Of a stretch of DNA of 64,000 nt, positions 28,201-44,920 are shown one piece after another. The stretch spans positions 1,550,001-1,614,000 of the forward strand of contig OZ024759.1 of assembly GCA_964016885.1 (NCBI GenBank), written 5' to 3'. This DNA comes from Eledone cirrhosa. Lineage: Eukaryota. Positions within the stretch are counted from its first letter, which is position 1. The number at the start of each line of letters is the position of its first letter. Under the pieces are notes generated by a model. The model saw only the letters and a program-made list of their open reading frames with translations, ran no database searches and was not told the DNA's origin. The translations under genes and the position numbers were made by a program.

Positions 28201-31200
28201 GACACAGTCTATATTAGTAACATGACACAGTTTATATTAGTAACATGACAAAGTCTATATTAGTAACATGACAAAGTCTATATTAGTAACATGACACAGT
28301 CTATGTTAGTAACATGACAAAGTCTATATTAGTAGCATGACAAAGTCTATATTAGTAACATGACAAAGTCTATATTAGTAACATGACACAGTCTATGTTA
28401 GTAACATGACAAAGTCTATATTAATAACATGACAAAGTCTATATTAGTAACATGACAAAGTCTATATTAGTAGCATGACAAAATCTATATTAGTAACATG
28501 ACAGTCTATATTAGTAACATGACAAAGTCTATATTAGTAACATGACAGTCTATATTGTACCATGACAAAGTCTATATTAGTAACATGACAGTCTATATTG
28601 TAACATGACACAGTCTATATTAGTAACATGACAAAGTCTATATTAGTAACATGACAGTCTATATTGTAACATGACACAGTCTATATTAGTAACATGACAC
28701 AGTCTATATTAGTAACATGACAGTCTATATTAGTAACATGACAAAGTCTATATTAGTAACATGACAAAGTCTATATTAGTAACATGACAAAGTCTATATT
28801 AGTAACATGACAAAGTCTATATTAGTAACATGACAAAGTCTATATTAGTAGTATGACAAAGTCTATATTAGTAACATGACAGTCTATATTAGTAACATGA
28901 TAAATCTATATTAGTAGCATGACAAAGTCTATATTAGTAGCATGACACAGTCTATATTAGTAACATGACACAGTCTATATTAGTAAAATGACACAGTCTA
29001 TATTAGTAACATGACAAAGTCTATATTAGTAGCATGACAAAGTCTATATTAGTAACATGACAAAGTCTATATTAGTAACATGACACAGTCTATATTAGTA
29101 ACATGACAAAGTCTATATTAGTAACATGACAAAGTCTATATTAGTAACATGACAAAGTCTATATTAGTAACATGACACAGTCTATATTAGTAACATGACA
29201 CAGTCTATATTAGTAACATCACACAGTCTATATTAGTAACATGACAAAGTCTATATTAGTAACATGGCAAAGTCTATATTAGTAACATGACAAAGTCTAT
29301 ATTAGTAACATGACAAGGCCTATATTAGTAACATGACACAGTCTATATTAGTAACATGACAAAGTCTATATTAGTAACATGACAAAGTCTATATTAGTAA
29401 CATGACAAAGTCTATATTAGTAACATGACAGTCTATATTAGTAACATGACACAGTCTATATTAGTAACATGACAAAGTCTACATTAGTAACATGACACAG
29501 TCTATATTAGTAACATGACACAGTCTATATTAGTAACATGACACAGTTTATATTAGTAACATGACAAAGTCTATATTAGTAACATGACAAAGTCTATATT
29601 AGTAACATGGCAGTCTATATTAGTAACATGACAAAGTCTATATTAGTAACATGACACAGTCTATATTAGTAACATGACAAAGACTCTATTAGTAACATGA
29701 CAAAGTCTATATTAGTAACATGACAGTCTATATTAGTAACATGACAAAATCTATATTAGTAACATGACAGTCTATATTAGTAACATGACAAAGTCTATAT
29801 TAGTAACATGACAGTCTATATTGTACCATGACACAGTCTATATTAGTAACATGACACAGTCTATATTAGTAACATGACAGTCTATATTAGTAACATGACA
29901 AAGTCTATATTAGTAACATGACAAAGTCTATATTAGTAACATGACAAAGTCTATATGAGTAACATGACAAAGTCTATATTAGTAGCATGACACAGTCTAT
30001 ATTAGTAACATGACAAAGTCTATATTAGTAACATGACAAAGTCTATATTAGTAGCATGACACAGTCTATATTAGTAACATGACAAAGTCTATATTAGTAA
30101 CATGACACAGTCTATATTAGTAACATGACAAAGTCTATATTAGTAACATGACAAAGTCTATATTAGTAACATGACACAGTCTATATTAGTAACATGACAA
30201 AGTCTATATTAGTAACATGACACTGTCTATATTAGTAACTTGACAAAGTCTATATTAGTAACATGACACAGTCTATATTAGTAACATGACACAGTCTATA
30301 TTAGTAACATGACAAAGTCTATATTAGTAGCATGACAAAGTCTATATTAGTAACATGACAAAGTCTATATTAGTAACATGACACAGTCTATGTTAGTAAC
30401 ATGACAAAGTCTATATTAGTAACATGACAAAGTCTATATTAGTAACATGACACAGTCTATATTAGTAACATGACAAAGTCTATATTAGTAGCATGACAAA
30501 GTCTATATTAGTAACATGACACAGTCTATATTAGTAACATGACAAAGTCTATATTAGTAACATGACAGTCTATATTAGTAACATGACAGTCCATATTAGT
30601 AGCATGACAAAGTCTATATTAGTAACATGACAAAGTCTATATTAGTAACATGACACAGTCTATATTAGTAACATGACACAGTCTATATTAGTAACATCAC
30701 ACAGTCTATATTAGTAACATGACAAAGTCTATATTAGTAACATGGCAAAGTCTATATTAGTAACATGACAAAGTCTATATTAGTAACATGACAAGGCCTA
30801 TATTAGTAACATGACACAGTCTATATTAGTAACATGACAAAGTCTATATTAGTAACATGACAGTCTGTATTAGTAACATGACAAAGTCTATATTAGTAAC
30901 ATGACAAAGTCTATATTATTAACATGACAGTCTATATTAGTAACATGACACAGTCTATATTAGTAACATGACAAAGTCTACATTAGTAACATGACACAGT
31001 CTATATTAGTAACATGACACAGTCTATATTAGTAACATGACACAGTCTATATTAGTAACATGACAAAGTCTATATTAGTAACATGGCAGTCTATATTAGT
31101 AACATGACACAGTCTATATTAGTAACATGACACAGTCTATATTAGTAACATGACAGTCTATATTAGTAACATGACAAAGTCTATATTAGTAACATGACAA

Positions 31201-34200
31201 AGTCTATATTAGTAACATGACAAAGTCTATATTAGTAACATGACAAAGTCTATATTAGTAGCATGACACAGTCTATATTAGTAACATGACAAAGTCTATA
31301 TTAGTAACATGACACAGTCTATATTAGTAACATGACAAAGTCTATATTAGTAACATGACACAGTCTATATTAGTAACATGACATAGTCTATATTAGTAAC
31401 ATGACAAAGTCTATATTAGTAGCATGACACAGTCTATATTAGTAACATGACACAGTCTATATTAGTAACATGACACAGTCTATATTAGTAACATGACACA
31501 GTCTATATTAGTAGCATGACAAAGTCTATATTAGTAACATGACAAAGTCTATATTAGTAGTATGACAAAGTCTATATTAGTAACATGACAGTCTATATTA
31601 GTAACATGACAAAGTCTATATTAGTAGCATGACAAAGTCTATATTAGTAGCATGACACAGTCTATATTAGTAAAATGACACAGTCTATATTAATAACATG
31701 ACACAGTCTATATTAGTAACATGACAAAGTCTATATTAGTAACATGACGCAGTCTATATTAGTAACATGACATAGTCTATATTAGTAACATGACAAAGTC
31801 TATATTAGTAGCATGACACAGTCTATATTAGTAACATGACACAGTCTATATTAGTAACATGACACAGTCTATATTAGTAACATGACACAGTCTATATTAG
31901 TAGCATGACAAAGTCTATATTAGTAACATGACAAAGTCTATATTAGTAGTATGACAAAGTCTATATTAGTAACATGACAGTCTATATTAGTAACATGACA
32001 AAGTCTATATTAGTAGCATGACAAAGTCTATATTAGTAGCATGACACAGTCTATATTAGTAAAATGACACAGTCTATATTAATAACATGACACAGTCTAT
32101 ATTAGTAACATGACAAAGTCTATATTAGTAACATGACAGTCTATATTAGTAACATGACAAAATCTATATTAGTAACATGACAGTCTATATTAGTAACATG
32201 ACAAAGTCTATATTAGTAACATGACAGTCTATATTGTACCATGACACAGTCTATATTAGTAACATGACACAGTCTATATTAGTAACATGACAGTCTATAT
32301 TAGTAACATGACAAAGTCTATATTAGTAACATGACAAAGTCTATATTAGTAACATGACAAAGTCTATATTAGTAGCATGACACAGTCTATATTAGTAACA
32401 TGACAAAGTCTATATTAGTAACATGACAAAGTCTATATTAGTAGCATGACACAGTCTATATTAGTAACATGACAAAGTCTATATTAGTAACATGACACAG
32501 TCTATATTAGTAACATGACAAAGTCTATATTAGTAACATGACAAAGTCTATATTAGTAACATGACACAGTCTATATTAGTAACATGACAAAGTCTATATT
32601 AGTAACATGACACTGTCTATATTAGTAACTTGACAAAGTCTATATTAGTAACATGACACAGTCTATATTAGTAACATGACACAGTCTATATTAGTAACAT
32701 GACAAAGTCTATATTAGTAGCATGACAAAGTCTATATTAGTAACATGACAAAGTCTATATTAGTAACATGACACAGTCTATGTTAGTAACATGACAAAGT
32801 CTATATTAGTAACATGACAAAGTCTATATTAGTAACATGACACAGTCTATATTAGTAACATGACAAAGTCTATATTAGTAGCATGACAAAGTCTATATTA
32901 GTAACATGACACAGTCTATATTAGTAACATGACAAAGTCTATATTAGTAGCATGACAAAGTCTATATTAGTAACATGACAAAGTCTATATTAGTAACATG
33001 ACACAGTCTATATTAGTAACATGACAGTCTATATTAGTAACATGACAGTCCATATTAGTAGCATGACAAAGTCTATATTAGTAACATGACAAAGTCTATA
33101 TTAGTAACATGACACAGTCTATATTAGTAACATGACACAGTCTATATTAGTAACATCACACAGTCTATATTAGTAACATGACAAAGTCTATATTAGTAAC
33201 ATGGCAAAGTCTATATTAGTAACATGACAAAGTCTATATTAGTAACATGACAAGGCCTATATTAGTAACATGACACAGTCTATATTAGTAACATGACAAA
33301 GTCTATATTAGTAACATGACAGTCTGTATTAGTAACATGACAAAGTCTATATTAGTAACATGACAAAGTCTATATTATTAACATGACAGTCTATATTAGT
33401 AACATGACACAGTCTATATTAGTAACATGACAAAGTCTACATTAGTAACATGACACAGTCTATATTAGTAACATGACACAGTCTATATTAGTAACATGAC
33501 ACAGTCTATATTAGTAACATGACAAAGTCTATATTAGTAACATGGCAGTCTATATTAGTAACATGACACAGTCTATATTAGTAACATGACACAGTCTATA
33601 TTAGTAACATGACAGTCTATATTAGTAACATGACAAAGTCTATATTAGTAACATGACAAAGTCTATATTAGTAACATGACAAAGTCTATATTAGTAACAT
33701 GACAAAGTCTATATTAGTAGCATGACACAGTCTATATTAGTAACATGACAAAGTCTATATTAGTAACATGACACAGTCTATATTAGTAACATGACAAAGT
33801 CTATATTAGTAACATGACACAGTCTATATTAGTAACATGACATAGTCTATATTAGTAACATGACAAAGTCTATATTAGTAGCATGACACAGTCTATATTA
33901 GTAACATGACACAGTCTATATTAGTAACATGACACAGTCTATATTAGTAACATGACACAGTCTATATTAGTAGCATGACAAAGTCTATATTAGTAACATG
34001 ACAAAGTCTATATTAGTAGTATGACAAAGTCTATATTAGTAACATGACAGTCTATATTAGTAACATGACAAAGTCTATATTAGTAGCATGACAAAGTCTA
34101 TATTAGTAGCATGACACAGTCTATATTAGTAAAATGACACAGTCTATATTAATAACATGACACAGTCTATATTAGTAACATGACAAAGTCTATATTAGTA

Positions 34201-37200
34201 GCATGACAAAGTCTATATTAGTAACATGACAAAGTCTATATTAGTAACATGACACAGTCTATATTAGTAACATGACAAAGTCTATATTAGTAACATGACA
34301 AAGTCTATATTAGTAACATGGCAGTCTATATTAGTAACATGACAAAGTCTATATTAGTAACATGACACAGTCTATATTAGTAACATGACAAAGTCTCTAT
34401 TAGTAACATGACAAAGTCTATATTAGTAACATGACAGTCTATATTAGTAACATGACAAAGTCTCTATTAGTAACATGACAAAGTCTATATTAGTAACATG
34501 ACAGTCTATATTAGTAACATGACAAAGTCTATATTAGTAACATGACAGTCTATATTGTAACATGACACAGTCTATATTAGTAGCATGACACAGTCTATAT
34601 TAGTAAAATGACACAGTCTATATTAGTAACATGACAGTCTATATTAGTAACATGACAAAGTCTATATTAGTAACATGACAAAGTCTATATTAGTAACATG
34701 ACAAAGTCTATATTAGTAACATGACAAAGTCTATATTAGTAACATGACAGTCTATATTGTAACATGACACAGTCTATATTAGTAACATGACACAGTCTAT
34801 ATTAGTAACATGACAGTCTATATTAGTAACATGACAAAGTCTATATTAGTAACATGACAAAGTCTATATTAGTAACATGACAAAGTCTATATTAGTAACA
34901 TGACAGAGTCTATATTAGTAGCATGACACAGTCTATATTAGTAACATGACAAAGTCTATATTAGTAACATGACACAGTCTATATTAGTAACATGACAAAG
35001 TCTATATTAGTAACATGACACAGTCTATATTAGTAACATGACATAGTCTATATTAGTAACATCACAAAGTCTATATTAGTAGCATGACACAGTCTATATT
35101 AGTAACATGACACAGTCTATATTAGTAACATGACACAGTCTATATTAGTAAAATGACACAGTCTATATTAGTAACATGACACAGTCTATATTAGTAACAT
35201 GACAAAGTCTATATTAGTAGCATGACAAAGTCTATATTAGTAACATGACAAAGTCTATATTAGTAACATGACACAGTCTATATTAGTAACATGACAAAGT
35301 CTATATTAGTAACATGACAAAGTCTATATTAGTAACATGACAGTCTATATTAGTAACATGACAAAGTCTATATTAGTAACATGACACAGTCTATATTAGT
35401 AACATGACAAAGTCTCTATTAGTAACATGACAAAGTCTATATTAGTAACATGACAGTCTATATTAGTAACATGACAAAGTCTCTATTAGTAACATGACAA
35501 AGTCTATATTAGTAACATGACAGTCTATATTAGTAACATGACAAAGTCTATATTAGTAACATGACAGTCTATATTGTAACATGACACAGTCTATATTAGT
35601 AGCATGACACAGTCTATATTAGTAAAATGACACAGTCTATATTAGTAACATGACAGTCTATATTAGTAACATGACAAAGTCTATATTAGTAACATGACAA
35701 AGTCTATATTAGTAACATGACAAAGTCTATATTAGTAACATGACAAAGTCTATATTAGTAACATGACACAGTCTATATTAGTAACATGACATAGTCTATA
35801 TTAGTAACATGACAAAGTCTATATTAGTAGCATGACACAGTCTATATTAGTAACATGACACAGTCTATATTAGTAACATGACAGTCTATATTAGTAACAT
35901 GACAAAGTCTATATTAGTAGCATGACAAAGTCTATATTAGTAACATGACACAGTCTATATTAGTAACATGACAATCTATATTAGTAACATGACACAGTCT
36001 ATATTAGTAGATATGACAAAGTCTATATTAGTAACATGACAGTCTATATTAGTAACATGACAAAGTCTATATTAGTAGCATGACAAAGTCTATATTAGTA
36101 GCATGACACAGTCTATATTAGTAACATGACACAATCTATATTAGTAACATGACACAGTCTATATTAGTAACATGACAAAGTCTATATTAGTAGCATGACA
36201 AAGTCTATATTAGTAACATGACAAAGTCTATATTAGTAACATGACACAGTCTATATTAATAACATGACAAAGTCTATATTAGTAACATGACAAAGTCTAT
36301 ATTGGTAACATGACACAGTCTATATTAGTAATATCACAAAGTCTATATTAGTAACATGACACTGTCTATATTAGTAACTTGACAAAGTCTATATTAGTAA
36401 CATGCCACAGTCTATATTAGTAACATGACACAGTCTATATTAGTAACATGACACAGTTTATATTAGTAACATGACAAAGTCTATATTAGTAACATGACAA
36501 AGTCTATATTAGTAACATGACACAGTCTATGTTAGTAACATGACAAAGTCTATATTAGTAGCATGACAAAGTCTATATTAGTAACATGACAAAGTCTATA
36601 TTAGTAACATGACACAGTCTATGTTAGTAACATGACAAAGTCTATATTAATAACATGACAAAGTCTATATTAGTAACATGACAAAGTCTATATTAGTAGC
36701 ATGACAAAATCTATATTAGTAACATGACAGTCTATATTAGTAACATGACAAAGTCTATATTAGTAACATGACAGTCTATATTGTACCATGACAAAGTCTA
36801 TATTAGTAACATGACAGTCTATATTGTAACATGACACAGTCTATATTAGTAACATGACAAAGTCTATATTAGTAACATGACAGTCTATATTGTAACATGA
36901 CACAGTCTATATTAGTAACATGACACAGTCTATATTAGTAACATGACAGTCTATATTAGTAACATGACAAAGTCTATATTAGTAACATGACAAAGTCTAT
37001 ATTAGTAACATGACAAAGTCTATATTAGTAACATGACAAAGTCTATATTAGTAGTATGACAAAGTCTATATTAGTAACATGACAGTCTATATTAGTAACA
37101 TGATAAATCTATATTAGTAGCATGACAAAGTCTATATTAGTAGCATGACACAGTCTATATTAGTAACATGACACAGTCTATATTAGTAAAATGACACAGT

Positions 37201-37770
37201 CTATATTAGTAACATGACAAAGTCTATATTAGTAGCATGACAAAGTCTATATTAGTAACATGACAAAGTCTATATTAGTAACATAACACAGTCTATATTA
37301 GTAACATGACAAAGTCTATATTAGTAACATGACAAAGTCTATATTAGTAACATGACAGTCTATATTAGTAACATGACAAAGTCTATATTAGTAACATGAC
37401 AAAGTCTCTATTAGTAACATGACAAAGTCTATATTAGTAACATGACAGTCTATATTAGTAACATGACAAAGTCTCTATTAGTAACATGACAAAGTCTATA
37501 TAAGTAACATGACAGTCTATATTAGTAACATGACAAAGTCTATATTAGTAACATGACAGTCTATATTGTAACATGACACAGTCTATATTAGTAACATGAC
37601 ACAGTTTATATTAGTAACATGACATAGTCTATATTAGTAACATGACAAAGTCTATATTAGTAACATGACAGTCTATATTGTAACACGACACAGTCTATAT
37701 TAGTAACATGACACAGTCTATATTAGTAACATGACAGTCTATATTAGTAACATGACAAAGTCTATATTAG
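13270..37770. repeat. ~12.4-kb tandem segmental duplication within the satellite (copy 1 ~13270-25700, copy 2 ~25710-37770)
   Basis: Offset 12440 for tagtatg 13351/25791, gtagatatg 15341/27781 and ctatatgagt 17511/29951. Offset 12348 (4 monomers less) for gacagag 22554/34902, gtagatatg 23659/36007 and taacataac 24931/37279. Confidence 0.88.
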
Positions 37771-40700
37771 TAACATGGCAGTCTATATTAGTAACATGAC
37801 ACAGTCTATATTAGTAACATGACACAGTCTATATTAGTAACATGACAGTCTATATTAGTAACATGACAAAGTCTATATTAGTAACATGACAAAGTCTATA
37901 TTAGTAACATGACAAAGTCTATATTAGTAACATGACAAAGTCTATATTAGTAGCATGACACAGTCTATATTAGTAACATGACAAAGTCTATATTAGTAAC
38001 ATGACACAGTCTATATTAGTAACATGACAAAGTCTATATTAGTAACATGACACAGTCTATATTAGTAACATGACATAGTCTATATTAGTAACATGACAAA
38101 GTCTATATTAGTAGCATGACACAGTCTATATTAGTAACATGACACAGTCTATATTAGTAACATGACACAGTCTATATTAGTAACATGACACAGTCTATAT
38201 TAGTAGCATGACAAAGTCTATATTAGTAACATGACAAAGTCTATATTAGTAGTATGACAAAGTCTATATTAGTAACATGACAGTCTATATTAGTAACATG
38301 ACAAAGTCTATATTAGTAGCATGACAAAGTCTATATTAGTAGCATGACACAGTCTATATTAGTAAAATGACACAGTCTATATTAATAACATGACACAGTC
38401 TATATTAGTAACATGACAAAGTCTATATTAGTAGCATGACAAAGTCTATATTAGTAACATGACAAAGTCTATATTAGTAACATGACACAGTCTATATTAG
38501 TAACATGACAAAGTCTATATTAGTAACATGACAAAGTCTATATTAGTAACATGGCAGTCTATATTAGTAACATGACAAAGTCTATATTAGTAACATGACA
38601 CAGTCTATATTAGTAACATGACAAAGTCTCTATTAGTAACATGACAAAGTCTATATTAGTAACATGACAGTCTATATTAGTAACATGACAAAGTCTCTAT
38701 TAGTAACATGACAAAGTCTATATTAGTAACATGACAGTCTATATTAGTAACATGACAAAGTCTATATTAGTAACATGACAGTCTATATTGTAACATGACA
38801 CAGTCTATATTAGTAGCATGACACAGTCTATATTAGTAAAATGACACAGTCTATATTAGTAACATGACAGTCTATATTAGTAACATGACAAAGTCTATAT
38901 TAGTAACATGACAAAGTCTATATTAGTAACATGACAAAGTCTATATTAGTAACATGACAAAGTCTATATTAGTAACATGACAGTCTATATTGTAACATGA
39001 CACAGTCTATATTAGTAACATGACACAGTCTATATTAGTAACATGACAGTCTATATTAGTAACATGACAAAGTCTATATTAGTAACATGACAAAGTCTAT
39101 ATTAGTAACATGACAAAGTCTATATTAGTAACATGACAAAGTCTATATTAGTAACATGACACAGTCTATATTAATAACATGACAAAGTCTATATTAGTAA
39201 CATGACAAAGTCTATATTGGTAACATGACACAGTCTATATTAGTAATATCACAAAGTCTATATTAGTAACATGACACTGTCTATATTAGTAACTTGACAA
39301 AGTCTATATTAGTAACATGCCACAGTCTATATTAGTAACATGACACAGTCTATATTAGTAACATGACACAGTTTATATTAGTAACATGACAAAGTCTATA
39401 TTAGTAACATGACAAAGTCTATATTAGTAACATGACACAGTCTATGTTAGTAACATGACAAAGTCTATATTAGTAGCATGACAAAGTCTATATTAGTAAC
39501 ATGACAAAGTCTATATTAGTAACATGACACAGTCTATGTTAGTAACATGACAAAGTCTATATTAATAACATGACAAAGTCTATATTAGTAACATGACAAA
39601 GTCTATATTAGTAGCATGACAAAATCTATATTAGTAACATGACAGTCTATATTAGTAACATGACAAAGTCTATATTAGTAACATGACAGTCTATATTGTA
39701 CCATGACAAAGTCTATATTAGTAACATGACAGTCTATATTGTAACATGACACAGTCTATATTAGTAACATGACAAAGTCTATATTAGTAACATGACAGTC
39801 TATATTGTAACATGACACAGTCTATATTAGTAACATGACACAGTCTATATTAGTAACATGACAGTCTATATTAGTAACATGACAAAGTCTATATTAGTAA
39901 CATGACAAAGTCTATATTAGTAACATGACAAAGTCTATATTAGTAACATGACAAAGTCTATATTAGTAGTATGACAAAGTCTATATTAGTAACATGACAG
40001 TCTATATTAGTAACATGATAAATCTATATTAGTAGCATGACAAAGTCTATATTAGTAGCATGACACAGTCTATATTAGTAACATGACACAGTCTATATTA
40101 GTAAAATGACACAGTCTATATTAGTAACATGACAAAGTCTATATTAGTAGCATGACAAAGTCTATATTAGTAACATGACAAAGTCTATATTAGTAACATA
40201 ACACAGTCTATATTAGTAACATGACAAAGTCTATATTAGTAACATGACAAAGTCTATATTAGTAACATGACAGTCTATATTAGTAACATGACAAAGTCTA
40301 TATTAGTAACATGACAAAGTCTCTATTAGTAACATGACAAAGTCTATATTAGTAACATGACAGTCTATATTAGTAACATGACAAAGTCTCTATTAGTAAC
40401 ATGACAAAGTCTATATAAGTAACATGACAGTCTATATTAGTAACATGACAAAGTCTATATTAGTAACATGACAGTCTATATTGTAACATGACACAGTCTA
40501 TATTAGTAACATGACACAGTTTATATTAGTAACATGACATAGTCTATATTAGTAACATGACAAAGTCTATATTAGTAACATGACAGTCTATATTGTAACA
40601 CGACACAGTCTATATTAGTAACATGACACAGTCTATATTAGTAACATGACAGTCTATATTAGTAACATGACAAAGTCTATATTAGTAACATGGCAGTCTA

Positions 40701-43700
40701 TATTAGTAACATGACACAGTCTATATTAGTAACATGACACAGTCTATATTAGTAACATGACAGTCTATATTAGTAACATGACAAAGTCTATATTAGTAAC
40801 ATGACAAAGTCTATATTAGTAACATGACAAAGTCTATATTAGTAACATGACAAAGTCTATATTAGTAGCATGACACAGTCTATATTAGTAACATGACAAA
40901 GTCTATATTAGTAACATGACACAGTCTATATTAGTAACATGACAAAGTCTATATTAGTAACATGACACAGTCTATATTAGTAACATGACATAGTCTATAT
41001 TAGTAACATGACAAAGTCTATATTAGTAGCATGACACAGTCTATATTAGTAACATGACACAGTCTATATTAGTAACATGACACAGTCTATATTAGTAACA
41101 TGACACAGTCTATATTAGTAGCATGACAAAGTCTATATTAGTAACATGACAAAGTCTATATTAGTAGTATGACAAAGTCTATATTAGTAACATGACAGTC
41201 TATATTAGTAACATGACAAAGTCTATATTAGTAGCATGACAAAGTCTATATTAGTAGCATGACACAGTCTATATTAGTAAAATGACACAGTCTATATTAA
41301 TAACATGACACAGTCTATATTAGTAACATGACAAAGTCTATATTAGTAGCATGACAAAGTCTATATTAGTAACATGACAAAGTCTATATTAGTAACATGA
41401 CACAGTCTATATTAGTAACATGACAAAGTCTATATTAGTAACATGACAAAGTCTATATTAGTAACATGGCAGTCTATATTAGTAACATGACAAAGTCTAT
41501 ATTAGTAACATGACACAGTCTATATTAGTAACATGACAAAGTCTCTATTAGTAACATGACAAAGTCTATATTAGTAACATGACAGTCTATATTAGTAACA
41601 TGACAAAGTCTCTATTAGTAACATGACAAAGTCTATATTAGTAACATGACAGTCTATATTAGTAACATGACAAAGTCTATATTAGTAACATGACAGTCTA
41701 TATTGTAACATGACACAGTCTATATTAGTAGCATGACACAGTCTATATTAGTAAAATGACACAGTCTATATTAGTAACATGACAGTCTATATTAGTAACA
41801 TGACAAAGTCTATATTAGTAACATGACAAAGTCTATATTAGTAACATGACAAAGTCTATATTAGTAACATGACAAAGTCTATATTAGTAACATGACAGTC
41901 TATATTGTAACATGACACAGTCTATATTAGTAACATGACACAGTCTATATTAGTAACATGACAGTCTATATTAGTAACATGACAAAGTCTATATTAGTAA
42001 CATGACAAAGTCTATATTAGTAACATGACAAAGTCTATATTAGTAACATGACAGAGTCTATATTAGTAGCATGACACAGTCTATATTAGTAACATGACAA
42101 AGTCTATATTAGTAACATGACACAGTCTATATTAGTAACATGACAAAGTCTATATTAGTAACATGACACAGTCTATATTAGTAACATGACATAGTCTATA
42201 TTAGTAACATCACAAAGTCTATATTAGTAGCATGACACAGTCTATATTAGTAACATGACACAGTCTATATTAGTAACATGACACAGTCTATATTAGTAAA
42301 ATGACACAGTCTATATTAGTAACATGACACAGTCTATATTAGTAACATGACAAAGTCTATATTAGTAGCATGACAAAGTCTATATTAGTAACATGACAAA
42401 GTCTATATTAGTAACATGACACAGTCTATATTAGTAACATGACAAAGTCTATATTAGTAACATGACAAAGTCTATATTAGTAACATGACAGTCTATATTA
42501 GTAACATGACAAAGTCTATATTAGTAACATGACACAGTCTATATTAGTAACATGACAAAGTCTCTATTAGTAACATGACAAAGTCTATATTAGTAACATG
42601 ACAGTCTATATTAGTAACATGACAAAGTCTCTATTAGTAACATGACAAAGTCTATATTAGTAACATGACAGTCTATATTAGTAACATGACAAAGTCTATA
42701 TTAGTAACATGACAGTCTATATTGTAACATGACACAGTCTATATTAGTAGCATGACACAGTCTATATTAGTAAAATGACACAGTCTATATTAGTAACATG
42801 ACAGTCTATATTAGTAACATGACAAAGTCTATATTAGTAACATGACAAAGTCTATATTAGTAACATGACAAAGTCTATATTAGTAACATGACAAAGTCTA
42901 TATTAGTAACATGACACAGTCTATATTAGTAACATGACATAGTCTATATTAGTAACATGACAAAGTCTATATTAGTAGCATGACACAGTCTATATTAGTA
43001 ACATGACACAGTCTATATTAGTAACATGACAGTCTATATTAGTAACATGACAAAGTCTATATTAGTAGCATGACAAAGTCTATATTAGTAACATGACACA
43101 GTCTATATTAGTAACATGACAATCTATATTAGTAACATGACACAGTCTATATTAGTAGATATGACAAAGTCTATATTAGTAACATGACAGTCTATATTAG
43201 TAACATGACAAAGTCTATATTAGTAGCATGACAAAGTCTATATTAGTAGCATGACACAGTCTATATTAGTAACATGACACAATCTATATTAGTAACATGA
43301 CACAGTCTATATTAGTAACATGACAAAGTCTATATTAGTAGCATGACAAAGTCTATATTAGTAACATGACAAAGTCTATATTAGTAACATGACACAGTCT
43401 ATATTAATAACATGACAAAGTCTATATTAGTAACATGACAAAGTCTATATTGGTAACATGACACAGTCTATATTAGTAATATCACAAAGTCTATATTAGT
43501 AACATGACACTGTCTATATTAGTAACTTGACAAAGTCTATATTAGTAACATGCCACAGTCTATATTAGTAACATGACACAGTCTATATTAGTAACATGAC
43601 ACAGTTTATATTAGTAACATGACAAAGTCTATATTAGTAACATGACAAAGTCTATATTAGTAACATGACACAGTCTATGTTAGTAACATGACAAAGTCTA

Positions 43701-44920
43701 TATTAGTAGCATGACAAAGTCTATATTAGTAACATGACAAAGTCTATATTAGTAACATGACACAGTCTATGTTAGTAACATGACAAAGTCTATATTAATA
43801 ACATGACAAAGTCTATATTAGTAACATGACAAAGTCTATATTAGTAGCATGACAAAATCTATATTAGTAACATGACAGTCTATATTAGTAACATGACAAA
43901 GTCTATATTAGTAACATGACAGTCTATATTGTACCATGACAAAGTCTATATTAGTAACATGACAGTCTATATTGTAACATGACACAGTCTATATTAGTAA
44001 CATGACAAAGTCTATATTAGTAACATGACAGTCTATATTGTAACATGACACAGTCTATATTAGTAACATGACACAGTCTATATTAGTAACATGACAGTCT
44101 ATATTAGTAACATGACAAAGTCTATATTAGTAACATGACAAAGTCTATATTAGTAACATGACAAAGTCTATATTAGTAACATGACAAAGTCTATATTAGT
44201 AGTATGACAAAGTCTATATTAGTAACATGACAGTCTATATTAGTAACATGATAAATCTATATTAGTAGCATGACAAAGTCTATATTAGTAGCATGACACA
44301 GTCTATATTAGTAACATGACACAGTCTATATTAGTAAAATGACACAGTCTATATTAGTAACATGACAAAGTCTATATTAGTAGCATGACAAAGTCTATAT
44401 TAGTAACATGACAAAGTCTATATTAGTAACATAACACAGTCTATATTAGTAACATGACAAAGTCTATATTAGTAACATGACAAAGTCTATATTAGTAACA
44501 TGACAGTCTATATTAGTAACATGACAAAGTCTATATTAGTAACATGACAAAGTCTCTATTAGTAACATGACAAAGTCTATATTAGTAACATGACAGTCTA
44601 TATTAGTAACATGACAAAGTCTCTATTAGTAACATGACAAAGTCTATATAAGTAACATGACAGTCTATATTAGTAACATGACAAAGTCTATATTAGTAAC
44701 ATGACAGTCTATATTGTAACATGACACAGTCTATATTAGTAACATGACACAGTTTATATTAGTAACATGACATAGTCTATATTAGTAACATGACAAAGTC
44801 TATATTAGTAACATGACAGTCTATATTGTAACACGACACAGTCTATATTAGTAACATGACACAGTCTATATTAGTAACATGACAGTCTATATTAGTAACA
44901 TGACAAAGTCTATATTAGTA
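33541..44920. repeat. Tandem triplication of a 4233-bp unit, middle copy internally deleted to 2915 bp
   Basis: catggcagtc unit starts at 33541/37774/40689 (4233, 2915). taacataac occurs at 37279/40194/44427 (2915, 4233). gacagag 34902/42050 and gtagatatg 36007/43155 (both offset 7148) are absent from the middle copy. Confidence 0.82.
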
